Positions 14,285-21,802 of a DNA stretch of 41,042 nt are shown one piece after another (within the stretch, counting starts at the first letter, position 1; the number at the start of each line of letters is the position of its first letter). The translations under genes were made by a program, and so were the position numbers. This DNA comes from a virus. The notes beneath the pieces were generated by a model. It was not told where the DNA came from, made no database searches, and saw nothing but the letters and a program-made list of their open reading frames with translations. The stretch is taken from positions 1 to 41,042 of IMG/VR virus record IMGVR_UViG_3300045988_015542; one strand, given 5' to 3'.

Positions 14285-15001
14285 TCAGCAGCCGCAACAG
14301 GCAAACTGGTTGCAGCAATAGGGGTTCTGCACCGTGTAAGCCGGAATGGGAGAGGGACGCAGCTGCGAGACCAGATAGCTGTTTTGCGCCGCCTGAGATG
14401 CCGCCAGTTTCAAGCCCTGATTCTCGCTCTGGAGGTCAGCCAGTTTGCTCTGCGTCAGGAAATCGAGGATCGCGCGGCTATTGCTGTTGGCGTTGTCGAT
14501 GATGTCGCGGGTCGCGTTCTGTACGGTATTGCGCGTGTCGCACGCCTGCGCCGCCATGTCGTAGCGCACCTGGGCGATCGCGGCACGGTTCTCGCAGCAG
14601 CAATTCGCGGCCTGCATCTGCATGGCGTTGAGCTGCTGCATCAGCGCCGCCTGCTGGTTGCTGCGGGAAAGCTCGGCCTGTGCAAAGCCGTTTGCCATCG
14701 CCATGTTGGTGCCGTTGACAAGCTGCGCCTGCTGGTAAAATCCGTCGCAAAGGCCCTGATTTACACTGTCGATCTTGCGCTCGACATTGGCAAAATCAGA
14801 GGTCAGCACGTAGCCGTCGACCACGCCGCCGGAATTGCCAGCGTTGTTGCCCCAGCCGCCATTTCCCCAACCAAGAAATGCAAAAAGGAACAAAATAATA
14901 ATAAACCAGCTGCCTTCTCCGCCCCAGCCGAATCCGCCGTTGCTGGAATTTACGGGCGCAACAGGCATAGTGGCCTGAACGCCGCCGTCAGAAAGAGACA
15001 T
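14285..15001 (-). CDS. Membrane protein with G/W-rich N-terminus, Q/N/A-rich coiled coil and C-terminal Cys cluster
   Basis: SD AAAGGAGTGATACT. TM segment WFIIILFLFAFLGW. CCC in mid-protein. C-terminus NPYCCNQFACCGC. Confidence 0.65.
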   Translation of the reverse strand: MSLSDGGVQATMPVAPVNSSNGGFGWGGEGSWFIIILFLFAFLGWGNGGWGNNAGNSGGVVDGYVLTSDFANVERKIDSVNQGLCDGFYQQAQLVNGTNMAMANGFAQAELSRSNQQAALMQQLNAMQMQAANCCCENRAAIAQVRYDMAAQACDTRNTVQNATRDIIDNANSNSRAILDFLTQSKLADLQSENQGLKLAASQAAQNSYLVSQLRPSPIPAYTVQNPYCCNQFACCGC

Positions 15002-15067
15002 AGTATCACTCCTTTGAAAAATTTTTATTCATCAAATCGTGGCCACGATGTTGATTTATGTTGATGA

Positions 15068-15286
15068 TTACTGCATAAGGCTTTGAAACTGCTTTGCCAT
15101 CTGCTGTAGCTGATTGAGTTGCTGCTGGTTGAGCCTACCGCTCTGCATCAGCTTTTCGACCTCCGCTTTGGGGTCGCCCTTGAAGTTCGCCTTGAACTGC
15201 TGGAACTGCTGCATCATGCGCTGGAACTGGCCTACCGGTCCGGGCATCTGCCCGCCGCCGAGAGCACCGAAAAACGGATTATTCAT
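15068..15286 (-). CDS. Small Q-rich protein
   Basis: ORF in track. Overlaps the upstream gene by 8 nt. Low-complexity Q/M/F-rich sequence. Confidence 0.55.
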   Translation of the reverse strand: MNNPFFGALGGGQMPGPVGQFQRMMQQFQQFKANFKGDPKAEVEKLMQSGRLNQQQLNQLQQMAKQFQSLMQ

Positions 15287-15707
15287 CGTCGTCCTCCTCC
15301 ACTCTGCGCTTCTTTTTGCCCTTTATTTCGCCCACAAGCGCCGCCAGACGGTCGAACTCCTCGCGGGTAACAAATTCCACGCCCTTTTCCTGCGGCGCTG
15401 TGCGGGGCGTTTCTGCGCGTTCTACGAGGTCGTAAATCTTGAGCGTCGGTTTTCCGCTTGCGTCTGCCTGTTTGAGGTAAACGGTTGGGGCGGTGGAATC
15501 CCACAGCGCAACGGCGGAGTTGGGCGCGATCAGGTAGCCTCTCGCCTCCTGCTCGCTGCTAACCCACTGCACGCCGCCGGTCGCAACAGGATTCTGCGGC
15601 ACGGGAGGCGGAGCGGGCTGCATCATCTGCTGTTGCCGCATCTGCATAAGGTTATCCGGCATCGGCTGTGGATAATAAGGGTTTTGATAGTACGGATTAA
15701 AAGCCAT
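15279..15707 (-). CDS. Protein with P/Q/Y-rich N-terminus and K/E/D-rich C-terminus
   Basis: ORF in track. Globular core GVQWVSSEQEARGYLIAPNSAVALWDS... Confidence 0.55.
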   Translation of the reverse strand: MAFNPYYQNPYYPQPMPDNLMQMRQQQMMQPAPPPVPQNPVATGGVQWVSSEQEARGYLIAPNSAVALWDSTAPTVYLKQADASGKPTLKIYDLVERAETPRTAPQEKGVEFVTREEFDRLAALVGEIKGKKKRRVEEDDDE

Positions 15708-15708
15708 G

Positions 15709-16089
15709 TCATTCAGTCTCCTTTACCCAAAAATAGATCACAGTCTCATTGCTGCTGTCCCATGAATCAAAGATCGTCCCGTCCTGCACGCACACCACAT
15801 GACCGGACAGGGCTAAAATGTATGTGCCTGCCGGATGCTCGTTTGCAAACTGCCCGACGGTATAGCACAGCGGGCAGGTGTCCGGCACGATGTAGCGCCG
15901 ATAGCCGAGGGAGTGCAGATACGCGCCCCAAGTCGCGTTGGCCGACGGCATGTCACCGTCTAAATAACCTTGTATAACGAGCGCGAGATAGGTTTCGCCC
16001 CAGTCTTTCCCGGTCGCTTTAGAGATCGCCCGAACGGTGCAGTCCCCCACGTTCTTGCCATAAGGCGACGGATTATAATAGCTATACAT
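15709..16089 (-). CDS. Putative papain-like cysteine peptidase-fold protein
   Basis: Candidate Cys (GDCTVRA), His (SGHVVCV) and Asp (DSWDSS) triad in canonical order. ATG at 16089 (MYSYYNPSPYG). Confidence 0.5.
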   Translation of the reverse strand: MYSYYNPSPYGKNVGDCTVRAISKATGKDWGETYLALVIQGYLDGDMPSANATWGAYLHSLGYRRYIVPDTCPLCYTVGQFANEHPAGTYILALSGHVVCVQDGTIFDSWDSSNETVIYFWVKETE

Positions 16090-16204
16090 GGAGCAGCTCC
16101 GCGAAATAAACATAGGTGCGCAGCTCGTCCGGCTCGGGGAACAGCACCAAAATATCCCTCGCCATCTGCTCGGTGAATCCCAATGCCAAAAGCCGTTCGT
16201 ACAT
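16082..16204 (-). CDS. Small hypothetical protein (40 aa)
   Basis: SD AAAGGAGGCGCGCTGT before ATG at 16204. Sequence MYERLLALGFTEQMARDILVLFPEPDELRTYVYFAELLHV. Confidence 0.5.
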   Translation of the reverse strand: MYERLLALGFTEQMARDILVLFPEPDELRTYVYFAELLHV

Positions 16205-16235
16205 ACAGCGCGCCTCCTTTTCTGCCTCTATGGTA

Positions 16236-16271
16236 CAAGAAAACCCCTTTCTTAAAGTGCCAAGAAAGGGG
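16236..16271 (-). terminator. Hairpin plus T-run (terminator/attenuator) about 30 nt upstream of the moron cluster SD
   Basis: 10-bp stem CCCCTTTCTT/AAGAAAGGGG with an 8-nt loop, followed on the minus strand by TTTTCTTG. Confidence 0.55.
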
Positions 16272-16371
16272 ATGAAAAGTGTACAGCGAAATTCGTCGAA
16301 CGATTGCGCTTGCAAATTCTGACGGAATATGCTATTTCTGTCATGACGTGCTCTATGCGTCATTCATACCC

Positions 16372-16416
16372 ACCAATAAAGGAAAAGAGCCTCACCGTTT
16401 GGTGAAGCTCTTTTCC
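16372..16416 (-). terminator. Rho-independent terminator ending the late operon
   Basis: ~16-bp stem GGAAAAGAGCCTCACC/GGTGAAGCTCTTTTCC, loop GTTT, followed on the minus strand by TTTATT. Confidence 0.65.
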
Positions 16417-16700
16417 TATTCAAAGACTTCCGATGCGATTTTGCGGTACGCCTTTCGGCGATACTTTTTGACCGTATCCGGCGACAGATTCATTTCAAAT
16501 GCCACCTGTACGCAGGAGCGGCCCCGCACGTCGCACTCGACGAGGCACGCCATTTCGTCGGGTGGAAGCTCAAAAGACCGAATGTATGCCACGGCCCGCC
16601 GCGGGGCCATAGAGGATAACTGTGCGCGGATCGCTCGGTGCTGCTTGTCCATGCTGTGCACCGGGGCTTGCAGAGCGCTCACGCGAGGGGAGGCTTGCAA
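16416..16700 (-). CDS. Small sigma-70 region-4/LuxR-like HTH protein
   Basis: The segment LPPDEMACLVECDVRGRSCVQVAFEMNLSPDTVKKYRRKAYRKI resembles sigma region 4. The start is uncertain (TTG at 16700 inside a hairpin; ATG at 16652). Confidence 0.5.
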   Translation of the reverse strand: MQASPRVSALQAPVHSMDKQHRAIRAQLSSMAPRRAVAYIRSFELPPDEMACLVECDVRGRSCVQVAFEMNLSPDTVKKYRRKAYRKIASEVFE

Positions 16701-16724
16701 CGCCTCCCGCCCGTTTTCCTTTCG

Positions 16725-17387
16725 TTATTTTAGAATTTTTTCGAGGTATGCGTAAACATATTCCCCCCATGCCCTTTGTGTTGCGGGGCCGAACGAGTTG
16801 TCCACGTCCAGCGCATAGCCGCAAGCGTTGAGAAGCTCTTGAAGTTTCCCAACCGCCGCGCCCTTGTCCCCGCGCACAAGCACGGCTTTTTTCACAGGGT
16901 ACTGTGGGCAACCAAAGCCGCGAATGTACCGCCCGTTCACGGGGATAATGCGGTAGGCGCACTCGTGGCGGCTTCCCTTGTTGCCCTCGAAAACGGTAAA
17001 GGTTTTCCCGTCGCAGGCGGTCACAATGCCCGTGTGGTTCGGCGCTCCGGTACAGTCCGTCAGAGCGTAATCCTTCTTGTCGTTCCAGTAGTAAAACACC
17101 TGCTCGCCGACCTGCGGAACGTGCGCGTCATCCTCCATCCACAGACCGCGTGACTGATACCAGCGTATTTGCTCGCCGCAGCTGCACTCGATGGGGATTA
17201 CGTCCGTCAGGCCGCAGAGGATCGCCGCCGCACTCACCGTCGCCGCGCAGTAGTCGTCCGTATAAGTGAGCTTGTAACCGCGCGGGTGAGGAAGATAGCT
17301 GTTGTATGCGTCCACGATGCTCTTATGTACCGCGTCGCCGCGCACAGATCCTTCCCAGTCGGTCAGGGTTTCGATAAACTTTTCCAT
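16725..17387 (-). CDS. Endolysin: CHAP/NlpC-P60-like peptidase with C-terminal PG_binding_1 domain
   Basis: ATG at 17387 follows GTAGGAGGGCGT. Motifs DDYCAATVS (Cys), NHTGIV (His) and C-terminal LVRGDKGAAVGKLQELLNACGY..FGPATQRAW. Confidence 0.75.
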   Translation of the reverse strand: MEKFIETLTDWEGSVRGDAVHKSIVDAYNSYLPHPRGYKLTYTDDYCAATVSAAAILCGLTDVIPIECSCGEQIRWYQSRGLWMEDDAHVPQVGEQVFYYWNDKKDYALTDCTGAPNHTGIVTACDGKTFTVFEGNKGSRHECAYRIIPVNGRYIRGFGCPQYPVKKAVLVRGDKGAAVGKLQELLNACGYALDVDNSFGPATQRAWGEYVYAYLEKILK

Positions 17388-17401
17388 ACGCCCTCCTACA
17401 G

Positions 17402-18118
17402 CTACAGGAACCGGACAGCGTAGAGCTGCCGTTGCTTGGTGTTGATCTTGTTGCACGCTGCGTTAATGGCAGCGATGTGCCCGCCGTCGAGCATGATTGC
17501 CATGTCGAGTTTGAGCTTGTCCCGCGCAAAGGCGTTGACCTGCCGCGCCGTCATAGCCTTGCAGTACACGCCGTAGAGCATACCGTCCTTGTAACCGAGC
17601 ATGGTATGATCCGTGCGCCGCAAAACATCCGAGAAACGCCCTGTGAAGCCCTCTGCGGTGGGGCCATAATTGCCAAGCAATCCCATGCCCCCGACCGCCC
17701 AACGCACGTCAGCGAGCGGGAGATCGTCGGAGACATGGCTCACGCGCTTGCAGTACACCTTGCCGTCCTTCGTGCGGTAGATCACCGTCTCCGGTGTGGG
17801 GTAGTGGCAGGCAGACCAACAGATCGCCTTGCCGTCCTGAATCAGTACGGAGCATGGCTGATAGCCGTCCGAAAAGCTGCCGGAGATGGCATTGCTCGGC
17901 AGGGGGCCTTTTGGATTGAGCGGCTCGATATCGCGGGCGATGATAGCGGGCTGTCCGTACAGCTCCACGTTGAGCGGAAAACAGCCCGCCCCCAGCGCCG
18001 CCGCGATCTCGCTCATGGTCTGGTTGCCCACATAGCCGTTGTCCATCGCCCCCACGGAGCGCTGGATGGCTTTTATCATACGTACCTCCTCCGAGGTAGA
18101 GCCGACCACATCTTTCAT
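17402..18118 (-). CDS. Phosphodiester glycosidase (NAGPA/DUF2233)-like putative cell-wall hydrolase
   Basis: C-terminal ..AIMLDGGHIAA.. and overall pattern resemble the NAGPA domain. ATGA overlap with the holin stop. Confidence 0.55.
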   Translation of the reverse strand: MKDVVGSTSEEVRMIKAIQRSVGAMDNGYVGNQTMSEIAAALGAGCFPLNVELYGQPAIIARDIEPLNPKGPLPSNAISGSFSDGYQPCSVLIQDGKAICWSACHYPTPETVIYRTKDGKVYCKRVSHVSDDLPLADVRWAVGGMGLLGNYGPTAEGFTGRFSDVLRRTDHTMLGYKDGMLYGVYCKAMTARQVNAFARDKLKLDMAIMLDGGHIAAINAACNKINTKQRQLYAVRFL

Positions 18119-18606
18119 TCCGCTTGCTCCTCGTCACTCCCGAGCAGCTTGTCCCCTGCGATGTCCACGGCGTTTTTCCCCTCCGCCAGCAGCTTCACCA
18201 GCCACGGCGGTACCTTCGCGCCCATGTTCACGGCGTGCTCGGCAAGGCTCCCCAATTCCCCGATGATGTACCACACAACGACCAGTGGGCCAAAAAGCGT
18301 CGTATACTCAAACGGAAGTTCCACGCCCGGCAGGTTCTCCAGCATCATGCCGATAAGCCAATCGGCGACCAGCGCAATGCAGACAATTACGATCATGCCG
18401 CCCTTGTGCCACGCACCCTCGCGCAGCTTCGCACTGCTCCATTCCCCGCGGTGCGCCGCCGCAGCAGAACCCACCAGCCAATCCGCCAGCATCATCCCGA
18501 CCCACACGATAAGCAGCCAGCCGAACCAGCCCCAAAAGGCCGTCAGCATCGCCACCGCCGCCGTGATCCACGCCTTGATCGCGGTCAAGGTATTGTTCTC
18601 CATCAT
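18115..18606 (-). CDS. Holin (holin_4 / toxin-secretion-phage-lysis family)
   Basis: Three or four TM segments, charged C-terminus, position immediately upstream of the lysins. Confidence 0.75.
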   Translation of the reverse strand: MMENNTLTAIKAWITAAVAMLTAFWGWFGWLLIVWVGMMLADWLVGSAAAAHRGEWSSAKLREGAWHKGGMIVIVCIALVADWLIGMMLENLPGVELPFEYTTLFGPLVVVWYIIGELGSLAEHAVNMGAKVPPWLVKLLAEGKNAVDIAGDKLLGSDEEQAE

Positions 18607-18655
18607 TTTATCCTCTCTTTCTGCACGAGGTCAAGTCGGACATCGTGCGGTGGTA

Positions 18656-18844
18656 TTACTCTGCGTTGTCAGCCGTGCCGCCGAACTCGGCGGGCACCAG
18701 ATCCGGAAGGCCGCACTCGTTGATGAGGATGTCCGCCACCTGCGCCTTGAGCTTGGGAGGGACGTCCGCAAACTCCCACGGTTTTCCGGTCTTGGGGTTT
18801 TTCGCCTCCATACAGATCTTGCTCGCATACAACATAGCCATCAT
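18656..18844 (-). CDS. CD1375-like small phage protein
   Basis: ATG at 18844 follows AAAGGAGATCAAGAA. The pattern MLYASKI...FADVPPKLKAQVADIL is typical of a small family near clostridial phage holins (recollection). Confidence 0.5.
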   Translation of the reverse strand: MMAMLYASKICMEAKNPKTGKPWEFADVPPKLKAQVADILINECGLPDLVPAEFGGTADNAE

Positions 18845-18902
18845 TTCTTGATCTCCTTTCGATAAGTAAAAATATAGGTTCAGGGCCAGTTCGGCCCAAA
18901 AC

Positions 18903-19304
18903 TCACGCATAAACAATATCGCCCATCTCCAGCAGGCAGTTTTTCAAGAACGTAATGTTCTGCGCCTGCATCTCCATCTGGGCTTTGAGCCGCTTGTTCT
19001 CCTCCGCCAGCTCCTCATTAGAGGGCGGGGCTGTGTAGCCGGAATCATCTTCTTCCGGTACTTCAAACGCTGTTGCAGATACAACTTCCGGCTGCGTGTA
19101 TTCCTCTTGCAGAATTTTTCCGTTTTCTTCATCCTTGATTTCCGGATGCGTAACATCTCCCACCACGATGTCCACCCACGGAAAGGATTCCGGCAATGGG
19201 ACAGCATCTGTATCCCAGTACGCCCAGCCTTCCTGCAATGTTCCACCGTGCTGGAATGCGTGGCTTCCATTGGGATTTTTTTCAATCTGGATAAATATTC
19301 CCAT
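18903..19304 (-). CDS. XkdW-like protein, copy 2
   Basis: Follows a fibre gene. C-terminal PSNEELAEENKRLKAQ coiled coil is shared with 21514..21792. Confidence 0.4.
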   Translation of the reverse strand: MGIFIQIEKNPNGSHAFQHGGTLQEGWAYWDTDAVPLPESFPWVDIVVGDVTHPEIKDEENGKILQEEYTQPEVVSATAFEVPEEDDSGYTAPPSNEELAEENKRLKAQMEMQAQNITFLKNCLLEMGDIVYA

Positions 19305-19316
19305 ATCTGCACCCCC

Positions 19317-20213
19317 TTACAAGTTCACAATCAAAATATTGACATCTGTTTCAAATGTTCCTCCATTTTTTGCGATGATTCTTAATTTCCCAGCGTAGGA
19401 GGTCACGCCCAAAACCGTGTCTTGGAATCCGCTGCTTACCGCCGAGCCACGAAACTGCGCGAAACAGACAGACGTTGTTTTAATCGCGGCATTGCTGTAC
19501 TCGAACAAGCCGTTTGAAAATGATACGTGTACGTTGTAGAGCGCAATGATGTTGGCTGTCGAAACAATCCCCTGTCCGTTGTATTTCAGCACACCCTTCG
19601 CAGGCTCATAAATGCGGCTTGTAAAGTCAGCTGCATCACTGTTGAAATGGAAGTCGATGTATCCGCCGTGTCCGGCAGATGTACCCGGAAACAACTCAAT
19701 GGAAGTCGGTTGAATTAACCTTCCTTCGTGGTTATGGCTGGATTTCGCCGCATCGATGTCACTTAAAATTTCAGCCGGTGTGCGAGAATACATCCATCCG
19801 CCATCATCCAGCACAGCAACCCTTGGCGGGGTTTTGCCTAAATCTGATGTTGCGGTCGTCTGCAACCAAGTCCCCGAAATGTATTTGCCCGTAAGATTTC
19901 CCGTAATGGTTCCGCCCGTCAGCGGTAAATAATCCTTTAATTTCCCATCAATCTCGGCCTCGGTATAATAGCGGTTGTCATGCTCATGTACAGATGGAGC
20001 CGCATCGATATTCTCACGCGCCTGCTCTTTCTGCGCATCCGTCAGGTTCTGAACCTCGTCGTATTGCACAACAGCGGCAGCGCCGGAAATCGGATCACCG
20101 GCCGCATTGTGTGCGGACACGCCGGGGAGCAGAGTTTTGGGCGTCACAGTGTCCTCCGTTAGATCCAGCTTCGTTTCCCCGTTGATTTCAACTTTGTTGA
20201 CTGCCATACTCAC
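19317..20213 (-). CDS. Tail fibre / receptor-binding protein 2
   Basis: Fibre motifs HEHDNRYYTEAEID..LPLTGGTITGNLT. N-terminus is paralogous to 20210..20806. AT-rich C-terminal third. Alternative ATG at 20207. Confidence 0.65.
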   Translation of the reverse strand: MSMAVNKVEINGETKLDLTEDTVTPKTLLPGVSAHNAAGDPISGAAAVVQYDEVQNLTDAQKEQARENIDAAPSVHEHDNRYYTEAEIDGKLKDYLPLTGGTITGNLTGKYISGTWLQTTATSDLGKTPPRVAVLDDGGWMYSRTPAEILSDIDAAKSSHNHEGRLIQPTSIELFPGTSAGHGGYIDFHFNSDAADFTSRIYEPAKGVLKYNGQGIVSTANIIALYNVHVSFSNGLFEYSNAAIKTTSVCFAQFRGSAVSSGFQDTVLGVTSYAGKLRIIAKNGGTFETDVNILIVNL

Positions 20214-20806
20214 GCTCCAATCGTCAGCGTCTGACCGCCGGCCGCATTGTCCGTGTAGCTAATGGGGATCGGAGCGACCGTGACCTGTGCCAGATAGTCA
20301 TATTCGGGATCCGGGGTGATCACCTGCTGGTGCATGGCAGGCGTCACATTTTTATTGGTCTGCGCCTTGACAGCTTCACCGCCATAAGTGCCCTCAACGC
20401 CTAAAATTGTAACGCCCTGCTTAATATTCAGAGGGACGAGTTTAGCCTGCTCATCGGTATCAATCTGGGCTTTCCCGGCGCCATCGTGAAAACCCATAGG
20501 GATGGTAGGCGTGTCCGATTTGAGCCGAATAACAAGCGTTTTCTCCCCTTGATTCGGCATGGTACCCGCGATTTTTGCCCCTCTGGCATAGGCGGTTTTT
20601 CCTGCCAGCAGCTCCGCTGCGGCGGCAGTAGCGTCCTGCGTATCAGAATCAAGGGTGCTTGTGCCGACGATCGGCGCGCCGCTCTTATCGTGTGCCGTGA
20701 CATTCTTTCTCAGATCTTCCGGTGTAATAGTGTCACTCGTCAGATCAAATTTGACATCCTTGCCAACAACGAGTTTATTAACGTATTGATTCGCCAAAAT
20801 AATCAT
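20210..20806 (-). CDS. Tail fibre-associated protein (paralogous N-terminus)
   Basis: N-terminal VNKLVVGKDVKFDLTSDTITPEDL parallels VNKVEINGETKLDLTEDTVTPKTL in the next gene. Confidence 0.5.
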   Translation of the reverse strand: MIILANQYVNKLVVGKDVKFDLTSDTITPEDLRKNVTAHDKSGAPIVGTSTLDSDTQDATAAAAELLAGKTAYARGAKIAGTMPNQGEKTLVIRLKSDTPTIPMGFHDGAGKAQIDTDEQAKLVPLNIKQGVTILGVEGTYGGEAVKAQTNKNVTPAMHQQVITPDPEYDYLAQVTVAPIPISYTDNAAGGQTLTIGA

Positions 20807-21065
20807 CCCCCATAATCAGAGTGTTTCCACCCGCATCGTTTGATACTTCATATTGTGGTATTTCCAGAACTTTTACATCGTTTAACATGGTCTTACTTTT
20901 GGTCGGCAGAATTACCGGGGTATAGATTTTAGGCGTGACCTCATAATTCCCGGTATACGCCGCACCGCCAGTGACCGCGGCATGAAATCCAACCTCCAGT
21001 GCTGTTGGCGCTGTCAGGCGAAGTTCTGCGGTTTTCGGGGCGCTCAGCTCAAAATAGATCATCAC
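20778..21065 (-). CDS. Hypothetical tail-module protein
   Basis: ORF in track. Its C-terminal motif IP.YE.SNDAGGNTL is shared with the C-terminus of 20210..20806. Confidence 0.45.
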   Translation of the reverse strand: MMIYFELSAPKTAELRLTAPTALEVGFHAAVTGGAAYTGNYEVTPKIYTPVILPTKSKTMLNDVKVLEIPQYEVSNDAGGNTLIMGDDYFGESIR

Positions 21066-21358
21066 AGCACCACCCTACTCAGAGATGTAGCCACGCAGAT
21101 TTTCTGGAATGGTGAACCAATGACATCCCCGGATTTAAACTTCACTCGCACCTGCATCAGGCAAGAAGAAGGGAGTTGAAAAGTTTCCTCCTGCGTCACC
21201 GGGAAAAGGAATTTCCCATCGCTATAACGGATGTTCTCCGGATAGACCCGCCGAAGTCCGCCCAGCATAACCTCCACTGTATCAACCTGATCCACGTCCA
21301 GCAGTTCCCCCTGATTCGTGATATTCAGCTCAATGTTGTATGCATCTCCCTGAATCAT
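21062..21358 (-). CDS. Hypothetical tail-module protein (Ig-like/BppU-N-like?)
   Basis: SD GGGGAGTGATGCCAT. ATGA overlap with the downstream gene. Confidence 0.45.
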   Translation of the reverse strand: MIQGDAYNIELNITNQGELLDVDQVDTVEVMLGGLRRVYPENIRYSDGKFLFPVTQEETFQLPSSCLMQVRVKFKSGDVIGSPFQKICVATSLSRVVL

Positions 21359-21364
21359 ATGGCA

Positions 21365-21508
21365 TCACTCCCCATCCTTTGCCACCCTCTGGTGGCTGCC
21401 AAGAATCTCCTCTTTCTGCACCTCTGTAATCCAGCCCTTCGCCATAGCACGCTCCACCACGGCAGCGTTACCCGTCTTTGCGTACAGCCTCTTGATCGTC
21501 TCAAACAT
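21365..21508 (-). CDS. XkdX-family small protein (47 aa)
   Basis: Hand translation gives MFETIKRLYAKTGNAAVVERAMAKGWITEVQKEEILG... SD GGGGGTG 8 nt upstream. Too short for the ORF track. Confidence 0.6.
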   Translation of the reverse strand: MFETIKRLYAKTGNAAVVERAMAKGWITEVQKEEILGSHQRVAKDGE

Positions 21509-21513
21509 TGTCG

Positions 21514-21792
21514 TCACACCCCCAGTGCGTCCAAAACCAGCGTGTCCACGGTGTCCTGCAAATTTAACAGCTGATTCTTTTCCGCCAGTTCCTCGTTGCT
21601 GGGCGTCGCGACCGGCTCCGGCTCGCCGTCGTCGATGATCTCATACTCGCCGTTGTAGGCTTCGCGCTTGGCGACTTCCTCGTTGGCCGCTGACCATCCG
21701 AGGGTGACGGCGGAGAGCACCTGTTCGATCTGAGGCTCATCCTCTGTGCCGCGGTTGATCTCAGTGCAGAGTTGATATTTTAGCTTTTTCAT
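21514..21792 (-). CDS. XkdW-like protein, copy 1
   Basis: ATG at 21792 follows GAGGAGGACGCC. C-terminal PSNEELAEKNQLL motif. Confidence 0.45.
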   Translation of the reverse strand: MKKLKYQLCTEINRGTEDEPQIEQVLSAVTLGWSAANEEVAKREAYNGEYEIIDDGEPEPVATPSNEELAEKNQLLNLQDTVDTLVLDALGV

Positions 21793-21802
21793 GGCGTCCT
21801 CC

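Noticed and set aside
13571-15064. 497-aa plus-strand ORF across the moron cluster
   Set aside because: It is antisense to several SD-preceded minus-strand genes and spans their intergenic terminators. Its composition is shadow-like.
17432-18865. 477-aa plus-strand ORF across the lysis cassette
   Set aside because: It is antisense to the holin and lysin genes, which have clear family motifs. It has no SD.
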